Below are positions 28,117-39,573 of a DNA stretch of 64,000 nt, in pieces. Position 1 is the stretch's first letter, and every line of letters begins with the position of its first letter. The notes beneath the pieces are model-generated. The model ran no database searches. It was not told the DNA's origin and worked only from the letters and a program-made list of their open reading frames with translations. Position numbers and translations under genes: made by a program. Source of the DNA: an uncultured delta proteobacterium (GTDB lineage Bacteria; Desulfobacterota; Binatia; UBA9968); the NCBI GenBank assembly GCA_963737905.1, contig CAVTUQ010000002.1, forward strand, positions 576,001-640,000, read 5' to 3'.

Positions 28117-28278
28117 TCACCGTTTCACAATCAGTACCGGGCACGAGGCATAACGCAACGTTCTCTCGGCGACGCTCCCAAGGACCAGCCGCTTGAGGCC
28201 CGTACGGCCATGACTGCCCATGACGATCATCGAAGCACTTGATTCTTTGGCCTGCTTTGCGATCGCCCTGGCTGGATC
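28117..28278 (-). pseudogene. Universal stress protein C-terminal remnant
   Basis: DPARAIAKQAKESSASMIVMGSHGRTGLKRLVLGSVAERTLRYASCPVLIVKR*, abutting the ClC stop codon with no start of its own. Confidence 0.8.
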
Positions 28279-30073
28279 AATCCCGGTATAATTCGGCGGC
28301 CTCCACTATAGCATCGGCGAGTTCTTGCTTGGTGATGATTCCTTTCACCTTCTCGGCCGAAGGCGGGGAGCCGGCACCATCGATAACGAGAACGATGGAA
28401 GCCCTTGTGGCATGCAGCCTATCGATGATTTCGGCCAACGTGGTTTGCTCGTTGGCGGTCATGAAATCCCGAGCCGCGATTTCCCCCAGTTTAACTGCGG
28501 TTCTATCATGCCGGAACGCTTGGAGTGCGGTATCGCGGTTGAGGAAACCAACGACTCGATTGTCATTCTCAACCAGAAAGCATGAGATCGCCGGTTGTGC
28601 CAAGACTGCGCTCGCCAGTTCGTCAAGCGCCCCGTTGGCGGGCAAGGTTCCGACTTGTGTCACCATCATTTGCTTCGCGCGTTTCACCAGGTGCGGGTTA
28701 GTGCGCAATGCTTCCGGAAGGTAGTGGCCGCGCAGGGTGAGTTTCATGGTGTAAATGCTGTCCTGCAAGAACATCTTTCTCACCCCGTAACTGATCGCCA
28801 CCACGATGGTTATCGGAAGGATAACGTTGTAATCGAGGGTCATCTCGAAGATCATCACGATGGCCGCCATCGCCGCGCCGGTTGAGCCACCGACCAACCC
28901 CGCCATCCCGGCGACGGCAAAAGCCGGCGGACTGATCTCCAACCCGGGAAAGAGCCCTTCAAAGATCATCCCATACGCGGTTCCAAGGGTCGCCCCTAAA
29001 AACAGCGCGGGCGAAAAGATGCCTCCCGAAGCCCCCGATCCCAGGGTCAGCGAGGTTGCCAGCAGTTTCAACACGAATAGGAGCAGCACGAGGTACAACG
29101 GAAACTTGGCACCGGCAAGGACATCCTGGACGGTGGCATAGCTCACGCCTTCGATATAGTAATGACCGAAGGTTGTCATTAACAGATAGATCATGATCCC
29201 GACCAACAACATGCCGAGGATATGTTGCCTGTAATAACTGCCTCTCACCCGCTTTTCGAAAACATCCTCGCAGCCGTATATGGCCTTGATGAACACCGTC
29301 GCAACCACCCCCATGATTATTCCCAGACCCGCGTAGGCCAGTAGCACCAGAGGCCTAGTAACATGGAAGTAGGGGGTTTGCAGCGTCGGAATCACAAAGG
29401 ACGGAGTCGTGCCGAAGTACAAGCGGCCCACATAAGTCGCCGTCACCGTGGCGATGGCGACGGGCACAATCGTCCGCGCGCTGACCTCATGCAGCATCAA
29501 TTCCAGCACAAACAGCAATCCGCCAACGGGGGTGTTGAATGTCGCAGCGATGCCGCCGCCTGCGCCGCAAGCGATCAGCACGATGCGCTGCCAAGCCGGC
29601 ACGTACAACAGCTGGCCGACTGCCGACCCAAACGATGAGCCGATCTGGATGATCGGCCCCTCGCGGCCCACCGAGCCGCCGCTGCCGATGGACAGCGCCG
29701 AGGCGAGCGATTTAATCAACGCCACGACCGGTCGAATTTTGCCTTGGTGATAGTAAATGGCGTCCATCACTTCCGGCACGCCGTGACCCTTGGCCTCCGG
29801 CGCAAAGTTTTTCACGAGAAACGCTACACCCACCGCGCCCACAACCGGCACAAGAATAACGAACACGCCCCACGGGCTGGGTGGCGTGTGCACGTTGGCG
29901 TCATAAACCCACGACAATTTTCCTAGGAACAAAAGATTGTGGATAATCGCAATCAAACCGCGGAACACCACCGCCCCAAATCCCGCCACCACCCCGACCA
30001 CCACCGACAACAGCGAAATTTGCAATTGCGTAAGCGATCGAGTCTGCGGGTAATTTTGTCGGTCTGCCGCCAT
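28277..30073 (-). CDS. ClC chloride channel / H+:Cl- antiporter with CBS pair
   Basis: GHGVPE, GGSVGREGP, GASGGIFSP motifs and C-terminal CBS domains. Confidence 0.93.
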   Translation of the reverse strand: MAADRQNYPQTRSLTQLQISLLSVVVGVVAGFGAVVFRGLIAIIHNLLFLGKLSWVYDANVHTPPSPWGVFVILVPVVGAVGVAFLVKNFAPEAKGHGVPEVMDAIYYHQGKIRPVVALIKSLASALSIGSGGSVGREGPIIQIGSSFGSAVGQLLYVPAWQRIVLIACGAGGGIAATFNTPVGGLLFVLELMLHEVSARTIVPVAIATVTATYVGRLYFGTTPSFVIPTLQTPYFHVTRPLVLLAYAGLGIIMGVVATVFIKAIYGCEDVFEKRVRGSYYRQHILGMLLVGIMIYLLMTTFGHYYIEGVSYATVQDVLAGAKFPLYLVLLLFVLKLLATSLTLGSGASGGIFSPALFLGATLGTAYGMIFEGLFPGLEISPPAFAVAGMAGLVGGSTGAAMAAIVMIFEMTLDYNVILPITIVVAISYGVRKMFLQDSIYTMKLTLRGHYLPEALRTNPHLVKRAKQMMVTQVGTLPANGALDELASAVLAQPAISCFLVENDNRVVGFLNRDTALQAFRHDRTAVKLGEIAARDFMTANEQTTLAEIIDRLHATRASIVLVIDGAGSPPSAEKVKGIITKQELADAIVEAAELYRD

Positions 30074-30208
30074 AAAGATCTTGATCCGATGCGACAGCTG
30101 CGGGATGCTAAAGCTGCCGGCCCAACCAATTCAAGCGCGGATGAAACTGGCACCTTCTTACTCGGCTACTTTAAATACTACTACTTAGCCGCTCGATCTG
30201 CGGTATCC

Positions 30209-30700
30209 TTATGTTTTCGAAGATTCCTTGTCAGTAGGACGAATCGAAAGTACCGGGCAAGCGGCTAGTCGCACTACGTTCTCCGTTACGCTTCCGATTA
30301 AAAGGTGACGCAGACCGCTTCTTCCATGCGTAGACATCATAATCATATCAACCTCTTCCACGGCAGCCTTCTCCACTATCATTTTGTAAGGAATCCCGAT
30401 TCCAACTTCCTGTCGAATCTTAAGACCCGAAAGCGCATCTGAGAAATTTTCAATGAGATATCTATCTACATCTCGCTTACGCTTCTGGATCAGCTCCTGA
30501 ATTTCTTCACTGCTCTCGCCACTCGCCACCCATTGTTCCGCGCCGTGGTGTACCGGGAATTCCGCATCTTCGTAGGAAATTACATGATAGACAATAACTT
30601 CAGCTCCACAAGCTTGGGCCGTCTCAAGCGCGAAGCGGATACCCGGTCGAGCCAAATTGGAAAGATCGGTGGGTGCGAGGATTTTTTTTATTTGCTTCAT
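30209..30700 (-). CDS. Universal stress protein
   Basis: MKQIKKILAPTDLS...MSTHGRSG..IGSVTENVVR. AGGAG RBS. Confidence 0.9.
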   Translation of the reverse strand: MKQIKKILAPTDLSNLARPGIRFALETAQACGAEVIVYHVISYEDAEFPVHHGAEQWVASGESSEEIQELIQKRKRDVDRYLIENFSDALSGLKIRQEVGIGIPYKMIVEKAAVEEVDMIMMSTHGRSGLRHLLIGSVTENVVRLAACPVLSIRPTDKESSKT

Positions 30701-31055
30701 GATTGGCTCCTGTCTGTTGCATCCCTGTTTTCTCAATTTGAGACCCGCCAGAAATGATTGATTCAGGTCCTGAATTCGGTAGCCGGCAGGTCTTGCACGA
30801 TCATTCACGAAAAACCACAGCAGGGCAAACTCCTTTGCCGACTGTAAATCCCTTGACTGTTTAATGGCCACGGCTTCCGGCGCGTTCTCGCTGATGCTAC
30901 GGGTAAAGACCACTGTGTTCACCCGGTGATGGCCGCCAATCTCACCGGAACACCCAGCCGAAGTCGCGGAAGGAAATGATGATTCCCAATTCACTGCCCG
31001 AGTTGCGGGAGAAGTGTTGACGATTGATGCGCTCATGTCGAGCCTTTGATGTCGG

Positions 31056-31931
31056 TCACTTGGTGAGGAGCTTGCGGATGGACTGCAGTTCCTTGCGATG
31101 GCTCTTGTCTGGTTTCGGATAGCTCATCTTCAAGCTGTCGATCGTGTCAAGAATCACCTGCGAAATGATCAGCCGGGCGTTTTCTTTGTCGTCGGCAGGC
31201 ACGACATACCACGGAGCGGTCTGAGTGCTCGTCGCCGTCAGGCAAGCCTCGTAGGCGCGCTGGTACTCTTGCCATAACTCGCGTTCTTTGATGTCCGCCT
31301 GGCTGAATTTCCAGTTCTTTTGCGGATCGTCAATCCGAGCCAGGAATCTTAGGCGCTGTTCGTCCTTCGAGAGGTGCAGGAAGAACTTGATGATCCGCGT
31401 GCCGTTGGCATGGAGATGTTTTTCCATGTCAACAATCGAACGATACCGGTATTTCCAGAGCTTGTCGTCATTGAAGGTTTCGTCCGGCAAATCCTGCCCG
31501 CGCAGAATCTCCGGATGCACCCGCACGATCAACACCTCTTCGTAGTAGGAGCGGTTGAAAATGCCAATGCGGCCCCGCTCCGGCAGACACCGGGTTGTGC
31601 GCCAAAGAAAATCATGTTCCAACTCTTGGGCACTGGGGTGCTTGAAGCTGAACACCTGGCAGCCCTGGGGATTGACGCCAGACATCACATGTTTGATCGC
31701 GCCATCCTTGCCCGCCGCATCCATCGCCTGAAAAATCAGGAGCAACGCGTAGCGGTTGTACGCATACAACACGCTTTGCCGATCGCTCAGTTTCTCCACG
31801 TGATCAACTAGCATCTTCACGTAGTGCTTCTTCGACCTGTAAAAGGGCTTCACAAGCGTCGGCCACTTTTTGAGCTTGACCTTTTCGCCTTCCTGCACAC
31901 AGAAATCCTTTGATTTGATTTTCATCTTCAT
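31056..31931 (-). CDS. ppk2: Polyphosphate kinase 2 family (class III-like)
   Basis: [11 protein letters not shown] Walker [32 protein letters not shown]. Confidence 0.93.
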   Translation of the reverse strand: MKMKIKSKDFCVQEGEKVKLKKWPTLVKPFYRSKKHYVKMLVDHVEKLSDRQSVLYAYNRYALLLIFQAMDAAGKDGAIKHVMSGVNPQGCQVFSFKHPSAQELEHDFLWRTTRCLPERGRIGIFNRSYYEEVLIVRVHPEILRGQDLPDETFNDDKLWKYRYRSIVDMEKHLHANGTRIIKFFLHLSKDEQRLRFLARIDDPQKNWKFSQADIKERELWQEYQRAYEACLTATSTQTAPWYVVPADDKENARLIISQVILDTIDSLKMSYPKPDKSHRKELQSIRKLLTK

Positions 31932-32015
31932 CTCTACGTTGTCACACGATGCGGGGGTTGGGCTTCGCACTCATGGCGCTCAGGAGGAGGTTGACCGAGC
32001 CTTCGCCCGTCCCGC

Positions 32016-34650
32016 CTAATCTTTATTTTTCCGAATCTCGCGTTCCGCCTGGAGCCAGTCCTGAACCGCGTGGTCTTCGCGGCGGCCTTGCTGCTCATAG
32101 AGTTCATCGGCTCGCTGGGCGATCTGCGGTGTCACATCAAGAGGGTTCTTGGCCATGAGGGGCGCGGCAGTTGGATCGAACACCCGATACGCAATCAGTT
32201 TTACGCGATCATTCAGGACAAACCACGCGAGGGCATAGCCCCAGACGAACAGTGCCCAGCCCCAGCCGAGGGGCGTCATAAACAGCCCATAAACCGCGAT
32301 CAAGTCGCCACGATTTGCGTGCCGAGCACCGCGCCCCATAAAATTTTTGCCGGACGGATGGACCAGAACGGGCCGCGCGTGCGCGTGAGGAAGATCGTCA
32401 GATGTCCCGCCACGGACAACTTCAAATACATCAACGTCTGGATGTGCGCGCGGTCGAGATGAAAGACGCGCTCGCCGAGATAAAACAAACCGAAGGCGGA
32501 GACGACCCCGATGACGCCCAGCACCGTGGAGATCCCCAGCACCATGCGCATGTTCCAGGCCTCGGGCTGATCCTTGTAATGAACGTTGTCATACGCGATG
32601 GACAGGATGGCGCCGTCGTTGAGCAACGCCAGCATCACGATCATCACCGCGGTCAACGGATAAAAATTAAAGACCAGGATCGCCAGCGTCATAAAGAACA
32701 GCACGCGCAGCGTCTCGGCGATGCGGTAGATTGCGTAGCTGTTCATCCGCTGGAAGATACGGCGGCTTTCCTTGACCGCGTCGATGATCACCGAGAGGCC
32801 GGGCGTCATCAGCACGATGGCCGCCGCCGCGCGCGCCGCGTCCGTCGCGGCCGAAACGGCGATGCCGCAGTCGGCCTTCTTCAGCGCGGGGGCATCATTC
32901 ACCCCGTCGCCCGTCATGCCAACGATGTGACCGCGTTTTTGCAGCACGTCCACAATGTGGAACTTGTGCTCGGGAAACACCTGCGCGAAACCGTCGGCCT
33001 TCTCAATGGACTCGGCCACCTCCGTGGTTTCCTGCTTCTTTGAGTCGCCCAGGCTGGAGGCATCGAGGATGTCTGCGCCCATGTCCAACTTCTTGGCGGT
33101 TTCCTTGGCGATGGCGAGTGCATCGCCCGTAACCATCTTGATCTTCACGCCCATCTGTCCCGCGGTTGCGATGGTCGCCTTGGCATCGTCGCGTGGCGGA
33201 TCGAACAATGGCAACACGCCAACGAACTGCCATGAACTTTCTCCTCCTCCCTCGGCTCGCGCCACGCCCAACGAACGAAAACCGCGCGCGGCAAACTCGT
33301 TGACCGCCTGCTCGACGGCGGCTTTCACCTGCCCGGCATTGGCCGCCAAGGCCAGAATCACCTGCGGCGCGCCCTTCGTCACCTTGAACGGCTTTCCGTC
33401 TTTGGCTTTGACGGTGGCCTCGGTCCGCTTGTGGACCGGGTCGAACGGCTGGAAATGCACCACCTCATAAGCCTTTAACGAATCCTTGTCTTTCAGTCCG
33501 CCCAGAACGGCCAGATCAATGGTGTCGTTATTGTCCGCGCGCGACGCGAGCGCCCCATTGAGGATGACTTGATCGGCAGCGATGTCGTTCAGGCTGAACG
33601 GATCGCCCAAGGTCAGCTTGTTCTGGGTCAGGGTGCCTGTCTTGTCGGCGCACAGCACGTCTACGCCCGCCAATTCCTCGATCGCCACTAACTTGCTCAC
33701 TATCGCCTGTTTCCTGGCGAGCAGGCGCGCGCCGACCGCCATCGTCACCGACAACACCGTCGGCATCGCCACGGGAATCGCCGCCACGGTCAGCACCAGG
33801 GCGAACTGCAACGTGGTGAGGATCGGGTCGCCGCGGAAGATGGCGACGGTAATAATCACCGCCACCAGAGCCACCGCGAGGATGATCAGGTAATTGCCAA
33901 TCTTCAAAACCGCCTTTTGAAAATGGCTGACGGTATGCGCCTCCTGCACCAGTTGCGCCGTCTTACCGAAGTAGGTGTTCTCTCCCGTGGCATAGACCAG
34001 TGCGCCGATTTCACCCTGGCGAATAATCGAACCGGAAAACACCGCCTCGCCGGGTTTGCGCTGGCGGGCAACGACTCTCCCGTCAGCGCCGACTGATCCA
34101 CCTCCACTGGGTCGCCCTCCAGCAGGCGCGCATCCGCCGGCACAATGTCGCCCAAGCGCAAGCGAATGACGTCACCCGGCACCAACTCACGCGCCGCCGG
34201 GTTGACCCACTTCCCATCACGTTTCACCCGGGCCTTGATCGCCAGTTTAGCCTTGAGGGCCTCGATGGCGTTTCCCGCCTCGCGTTCTTCCCAGAATCCG
34301 ACCACAGCGTTGGCAAGAAGCAAGAGGAGGATGATGCCAAAGTCCGGCCAATGCCGGACCACGCCCGACAGAATCACCGCCACTTCAATCATCCACGGGA
34401 TGGGCCCCCAAAAATAGCTAAGGAATTTCAGGAACGCATTGGTTTTCTTTTCTTCAATCTCGTTGGGGCCGTATTGGGTCAGCCGCTTCTGCGCTTCGGC
34501 TTGACTGAGGCCGTCCGGCGATGACCCCAATTTTTTCTCCAGTTCCGCCAGAGGCAGGGATTTCAGATCATCTTTCGCATCGGGCTTGGCATTGGGCTTC
34601 GATCCCGGCTTCGATTCGGGAGGCTTGGGTTGGTCGGCATTGGGTTTCAT
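32016..34650 (-). CDS. Plasma-membrane proton-efflux P-type ATPase (P3A) with DUF2934-like tail; two apparent frameshifts (~34062, ~32302)
   Basis: SYFWGPIPWMIE, DQSALTGES, CADKTGTLT, MTGDGVNDAPALKKAD. Tail IAQRADELYEQQGR...DWLQAERE. Confidence 0.9.
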
Positions 34651-34694
34651 AATGGATATTCTCCATTTATTGCGATGGCACAGGTTTCTTAAGT

Positions 34695-34857
34695 AAGGTT
34701 ATTCCGGATTTTCTGTGAAGAAGTATTCACCACAGAGGCGTCGAGTTCGCAGAGATCGGAGAATTTCTTAATCAAGAACTCTTTACTCCGCGTCCTCCGC
34801 GCCTTCGCGGTGCAATTTCCGAGTCCTACTTCACAGGAATGCCTGAAGTCCCCTTAA
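34695..34857. repeat. Composite palindromic element (outer imperfect IR plus inner 9-bp-period REP-like palindrome)
   Basis: Outer ...TTTTCTGTGAAG / CTTCACAGGAAT.... Inner CACCACAGAGGCGTCGAG...CTCCGCGTCCTCCGCGCCTTCGCGGTG. Confidence 0.65.
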
Positions 34858-34917
34858 GTTGAAGGAGCTTGCGCACCATCGCCCGCGTTTTCCCTTTCCC
34901 GGGAATCTTCATCGGAT

Positions 34918-36516
34918 TTAATCCTCGTTCTTTTCGGATTCAGGCTCCTCGGTGGTCTTTTCCTCCTCGCCGGATTCCAGCCGCAACAGGCGTGCGTCGA
35001 TGTCCGCCAGCAACTTCTCGTAAATCTCCTGGCTCAGCAGGCCTTGCCGGAAGGAATCGATGGCATGGTTCTTCTCCGTCAGCAACAGATGCCGGCGCGC
35101 CCACTGTGATTCCTGGGCCGCAATCGCCGCGCGGTCGAGTTCCAACTCACCGATCTGGTCTTGCTCCTCCTGGATCCGCTTTTCGTATTCTTGCTTGAGC
35201 CGGGGGCGCACGTCGTCGCCGGAGAAATGCACGTACGACATACGTTCCAGTTCTTCGAGCGCTGCGCTGGCCGCCTGCAGTTTGCCGCGAGCAAACTCGT
35301 ACGCTTCCCGGTGCTCGCGCCCTTTGACAATGCCCAGCCATCGCAGCAGTGGCGATACGGTCATGCCGTGCACCAGAATCGAGATCATCACCACCCCGAA
35401 CGTCGTCGTCACCAACAGATCACGATGCGGGAAATCCTTCGCCAGACTGAGCACCAGGACCATCGGCAAACCACCGCGCAACCCGCCCCACGTCAGCACG
35501 ACGCTCCACAGCCACGGAATTTTCTCGCGGGTCTTTCGCAGCAAACCGGACACGGCGAAGATCACCAGCCCCCGGCCCGCGCTCACGACCAGATAGGCGA
35601 CGAGAATCACCTTCCACGAACTGAACAACGCATCAAGATGCACCTCCAGGCCGATGAGCAGAAACACAATCGAGTTCAAGGCAAACGCGACGTATTCCCA
35701 AAAGGTTTCTACAGCGACCCGCGTGGACGGCGTCATGCCGGTGCGCGCGCCATAATTGCCGCAGAGCACCCCGGCGACCACGACCGCGATCACACCTGAA
35801 TAATGAAAGTGTTCGGCGGTCACAAACGAGCCATACGCCGCGATCGTCGTGAGCGTGATCTCGATCATCGCATCATCAATCTGTTTGATCACCTGCGACG
35901 CCGCCAGGCCGACCGCCGCGCCAATCAGCCCGCCAAACCCGACAATCTTGAGAAAGTCAGTCGCCAGTTGTCCCGTCGTGACGCTGGCACCGGTCACCAG
36001 CGAAAGACTCAGCATGAAGAACACGATCGCCGTGCCATCGTTGAGCAAACTCTCGCCGTCCAGTAAAACCGACAACCGCCGCGGCGCGCCGAAACTCCGA
36101 AACACCGCCACCACCGCGATCGGGTCGGTTGCCGCGATCAACGCCCCAAACACCAACGCATACTGCCACGTGAAATTCTGCTCCAGATGGAGCGTGCTCA
36201 CGACGGGTGTCAGGATCACGGTCGTCAACGCCACCGCGGCAGCCACACCCGGCACGGCCAGTGCCGCGATGGCAAAGCGGTTACGCCAGAATTCGTGGAA
36301 CTCGATGTGAAACGCAGCCTCAAACAACAAGCCCGGCAGGAAAACCGAAAAGAGCAATTCCTTCGTCAAATGGGGCGGCGTGAACAGTTTCAGGATACCG
36401 AGCGCCAACCCGGTTAGCACCAGCCCCACCGTATACGGCACATGCAATTGCCGCACGGCAATCGCCACCGCCACGGCGACCGAAAACAACAGAATCAGAA
36501 TGGTCTCAGCCTGCAC
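34918..36516 (-). CDS. Na+/H+ antiporter, CPA1 family
   Basis: FLPGLLFEAA, AATDPIAV, GESLLNDG, WGGLRGG. Confidence 0.93.
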   Translation of the reverse strand: MQAETILILLFSVAVAVAIAVRQLHVPYTVGLVLTGLALGILKLFTPPHLTKELLFSVFLPGLLFEAAFHIEFHEFWRNRFAIAALAVPGVAAAVALTTVILTPVVSTLHLEQNFTWQYALVFGALIAATDPIAVVAVFRSFGAPRRLSVLLDGESLLNDGTAIVFFMLSLSLVTGASVTTGQLATDFLKIVGFGGLIGAAVGLAASQVIKQIDDAMIEITLTTIAAYGSFVTAEHFHYSGVIAVVVAGVLCGNYGARTGMTPSTRVAVETFWEYVAFALNSIVFLLIGLEVHLDALFSSWKVILVAYLVVSAGRGLVIFAVSGLLRKTREKIPWLWSVVLTWGGLRGGLPMVLVLSLAKDFPHRDLLVTTTFGVVMISILVHGMTVSPLLRWLGIVKGREHREAYEFARGKLQAASAALEELERMSYVHFSGDDVRPRLKQEYEKRIQEEQDQIGELELDRAAIAAQESQWARRHLLLTEKNHAIDSFRQGLLSQEIYEKLLADIDARLLRLESGEEEKTTEEPESEKNED

Positions 36517-36645
36517 AGTCTGTCACCCCCACTACATCGCCCGCCAACTTTGGGGCGAGGGGAAGGATGCGGCAATCGATAGACCCGCGAACACCTCTTC
36601 TGTTTTCATTCCCTGCCTAGGGGATGGTTTTTGATCCGCTTCTAA

Positions 36646-36785
36646 TCATGGTTGCGAGCCAAGTTCCTGCAGGGGGCGTAGAAACGTGATGACAACATGC
36701 CGGGAAAGCATGCCGATTACCTATTCGTCCGTCATCACGGGCAGTTGATTGACTCCGGTCACCATCCATCTGCTGCAGCGCCGCG
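36646..36785 (-). pseudogene. CBS-domain C-terminal remnant (site-2-protease/CBS type)
   Basis: Across breaks: AALQQMD..VNQLPVMTD..VIGMLSR..VITFLRPLQELG. Confidence 0.55.
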
Positions 36786-36807
36786 TATCGCATATTGCAA
36801 CCGCCCA

Positions 36808-39012
36808 TTACCGCTGCCACAGGATGCGCTTCTCTTCCAGGGGGGGGTGAAACGGCACCACCCGCGGGGTGTAATCTGTGGCGGGACGAGAGGCGGGCAC
36901 CCGGGCGCTGTAACTGAAACCCCGCGCTGCAATCAATTGTTCACCTCGTACCATTCTTTGACGAATCGCTTCGCCGCCGTTTACCAGCTCGGCGTAGAGT
37001 TCGACCTGAACGGCCTCTGGATCGAGGTCGCCGAGATAAACCTGAACTTGAAAAAAATGCCAGGGCTGTTTGGTCTCGACTCTTACTTCGCCGAATCGCA
37101 GGGTGGCCCAGTGCCGTTCGATGGAATTCTGCCATTGAACCAGCTCCGCTGCCAAAGCGCCGTTCCCGGCGAGGCGTCTGCGATAGGCTTCGGCGGCGGG
37201 AATATAATTCTTCTCCGCGTATTCGCGCACGGTTCGGTTGGCGGAAAAAAATGGCGTGAGCCGGGCCATGCTCTTGCGCATTCGAGCGACCCAAGCTGTC
37301 GGGATGCCCCGGTCGTTGCGACTATAAAATTCCGGCACGACCTCCTGCTCCACGAGCGAATAAAGCGCCTCGGCCTCGGCTGCATCCCAGGCAGGATCGT
37401 CGCCGTGCTCTTGTCCGTCACCGATGGCCCAGCCCATCTCCGGCGCGTAGGCTTCGGCCCACCAGCCGTCGCGCTCCGAGAGATTGAGACCGCCGTTGAC
37501 GAGAACTTTCATGCCGCTGGTGCCGCTGCTGGCTTCCCAGGGGCGCCTCGGCGTATTGATCCAGAGATCCACGCCCTGAACCAGATGTTCCGCCATCATC
37601 GTGTCGTAGTCGCTGAGCATAGCGACGTGCCTGCGGGTCGGGAGCCGGCGGATAAACTGGGCCCATTCTTGAATCATGAATTGTCCCGCTTGGTCTGCAG
37701 GATGCGCCTTCCCCGCAATCACCAACTGCACGGGACGCGTGGGATTTGTCAAGATGCGCAGCAATCGATCCGGGTCGTGTAGTAATAAGTTCGGCCTTTT
37801 GTAAGTAGCAAAGCGACGGGCAAAACCAAGCGTAAGCGTGTCGGCATCAAGAATTTGCTGGATGAGCGACAGCTCTTCAAGCGAAGTGCCCGAAGCGACC
37901 AATTGAGCCGATAGTCGTTTGCGCACGTACTCGACGAGAGACTTTCTACCGGCCGTGCGCAGCTGCCAGAGCTTGGCGTCGGTTGTAGAACGGATAAGTT
38001 CTTCGAGCGATTCCGTTGTGCCCATCCAGCGTTCCTTGCCGCAGCAAGTGGTCCAGAGCTCATCGGCCTCTGCCGAGTCCCAGCTCGGCATATGAACGCC
38101 GTTGGTGACGTGCTTGATCGGCACTTCGACTCGCGGCCAGCGCGGAAACAAAGGTTGAAAGAGGCGCCGGCTGACGGCGCCGTGGAGCCGGCTTACGCCG
38201 TTGACAGCGCCGCTCCCCCGGATCGCCAGGTAGGCCATGTTGAAAGGCTCCGCGCGATCGCTACCGTTCTGGCGGCCGAGGGCCAGCAAAGCATCCAAGG
38301 GAATGCGGAGTTTCTGCTCGCTGTAGCCGCGCAAATAACGCTCGATGAGCTCGGGCGGGAAACGATCAAAGCCCGCCTCCACCGGCATATGCGTGGTAAA
38401 TAGATTTCCCGCTCGCGTCACCGTCAGCGCGACATCGAAAGGCTGGCTCGTTTCGTCCATGTAATCCCGAGCTCGCTCCAGGACCACCAATGCCGCGTGT
38501 CCCTCGTTGAGGTGACACACTTCCGGGTTGATGCCGAGCGCTCGCAACAGCCGCCAACCCCCGACGCCGAGAATCAACTCCTGCTGTAAGCGCAGCTCGG
38601 GGCCACCACCGTAGAGCTCGCTGGTAATCCCGCGGTGAGCCGGGAAGTTCGCCAGATCGTTGCTATCCAAGAGGTAGAGGCGTGCTCTGCCGACCTGAAC
38701 TGCCCAGCCGCGCAGCCACACGGTGTATCCCGGGAAACCAAGCTCGAGCCGCAGCCACTCGCCATTGGCGTCCCGCAAAGGCGTAACCGGCAGTTGCCCG
38801 GGATCGTTGTAGGGATAGAGGGCACGCTGCGCGCCGTCCCTGTCGATCACCTGACGAAAATAGCCTTGTTGATAGAGTAGTCCGATCCCAACCACCGGCA
38901 CGCCGAGATCGCTCGCGGACTTGAGCTGGTCGCCGGAAACGTTACCGAGGCCGCCGGAATAAATCGGCAGCGCCTCGCTCAACATGAACTCCATACTAAA
39001 ATACGCGACGGG
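36808..39012 (-). pseudogene. glgP: Alpha-glucan (glycogen) phosphorylase lacking its N-terminus
   Basis: VAYFSMEF, IYSGGLG, HLNEGH, FARRFATYKR, EASSGTSGMK. Recognisable homology starts abruptly at PVAYFSMEF. Confidence 0.88.
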
Positions 39013-39384
39013 GCTGGGCAGGACCTGGGTTGGCGTGATCCTGATGGCTTCCGTTACCTCGCTCCCGGAACTGGTTACGGGAATCAGCTCGGTGGCTATC
39101 TTCAATGTTCCCGACATCATGGCCTTCGGGAATATTTTCGAAAGCAACCTGTTTAACATTCTGATCCTGGCCATCGACGACCTCTTCTACACGAAAGGGC
39201 CGATCCTTTTGCATGTCTCCGTCAATCACCTTGTCAGCTCCAGCGCGGCTATTGCTATGACCGGCATTGCAGTCCTTGGTTTGACCTACGAGTGAGCAAA
39301 AAATGGCTTTTCTTTGCCTGGGATTCTCTGGCGATTCTGGCAATTTATCTGGTCGCTCTCGCCGTCCTCTACATGATGCGATAG
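39006..39384 (+). pseudogene. Sodium:calcium antiporter (YrbG-like) remnant with internal deletion
   Basis: TGLGRTWVGVILMASVTSLPELVTG joined to GNIFESNLFN, an internal stop, then WDSLAILAIY. Confidence 0.8.
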
Positions 39385-39573
39385 AAACAATGTCGTGTTG
39401 TGCTATGAATTTCACCCTTCGCGCAATTGGCTGGATACGTGACCAATAGCGTTACCCAGGATTCTTGTACAAATGGCAACCAAGACGATGCACAATTTCG
39501 CAATCGCAAAAATCAAAATCATCTTGACTATCTTGGCTACATCTCATCAAAGCAACTAATGCTTCGCCCTGCG

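Noticed and set aside
30701-31036. Long N-terminal extension of the USP, and a possible acetate kinase trace (VVFTRSISENAP)
   Set aside because: The USP has its own RBS and start at 30700, and the ackA-like match is too short to call.
36697-37782. 361-aa plus-strand ORF and similar long antisense ORFs (e.g. 54247-55092, 59514-60437)
   Set aside because: They are shadows of well-supported opposite-strand genes in GC-rich DNA and carry no motifs.
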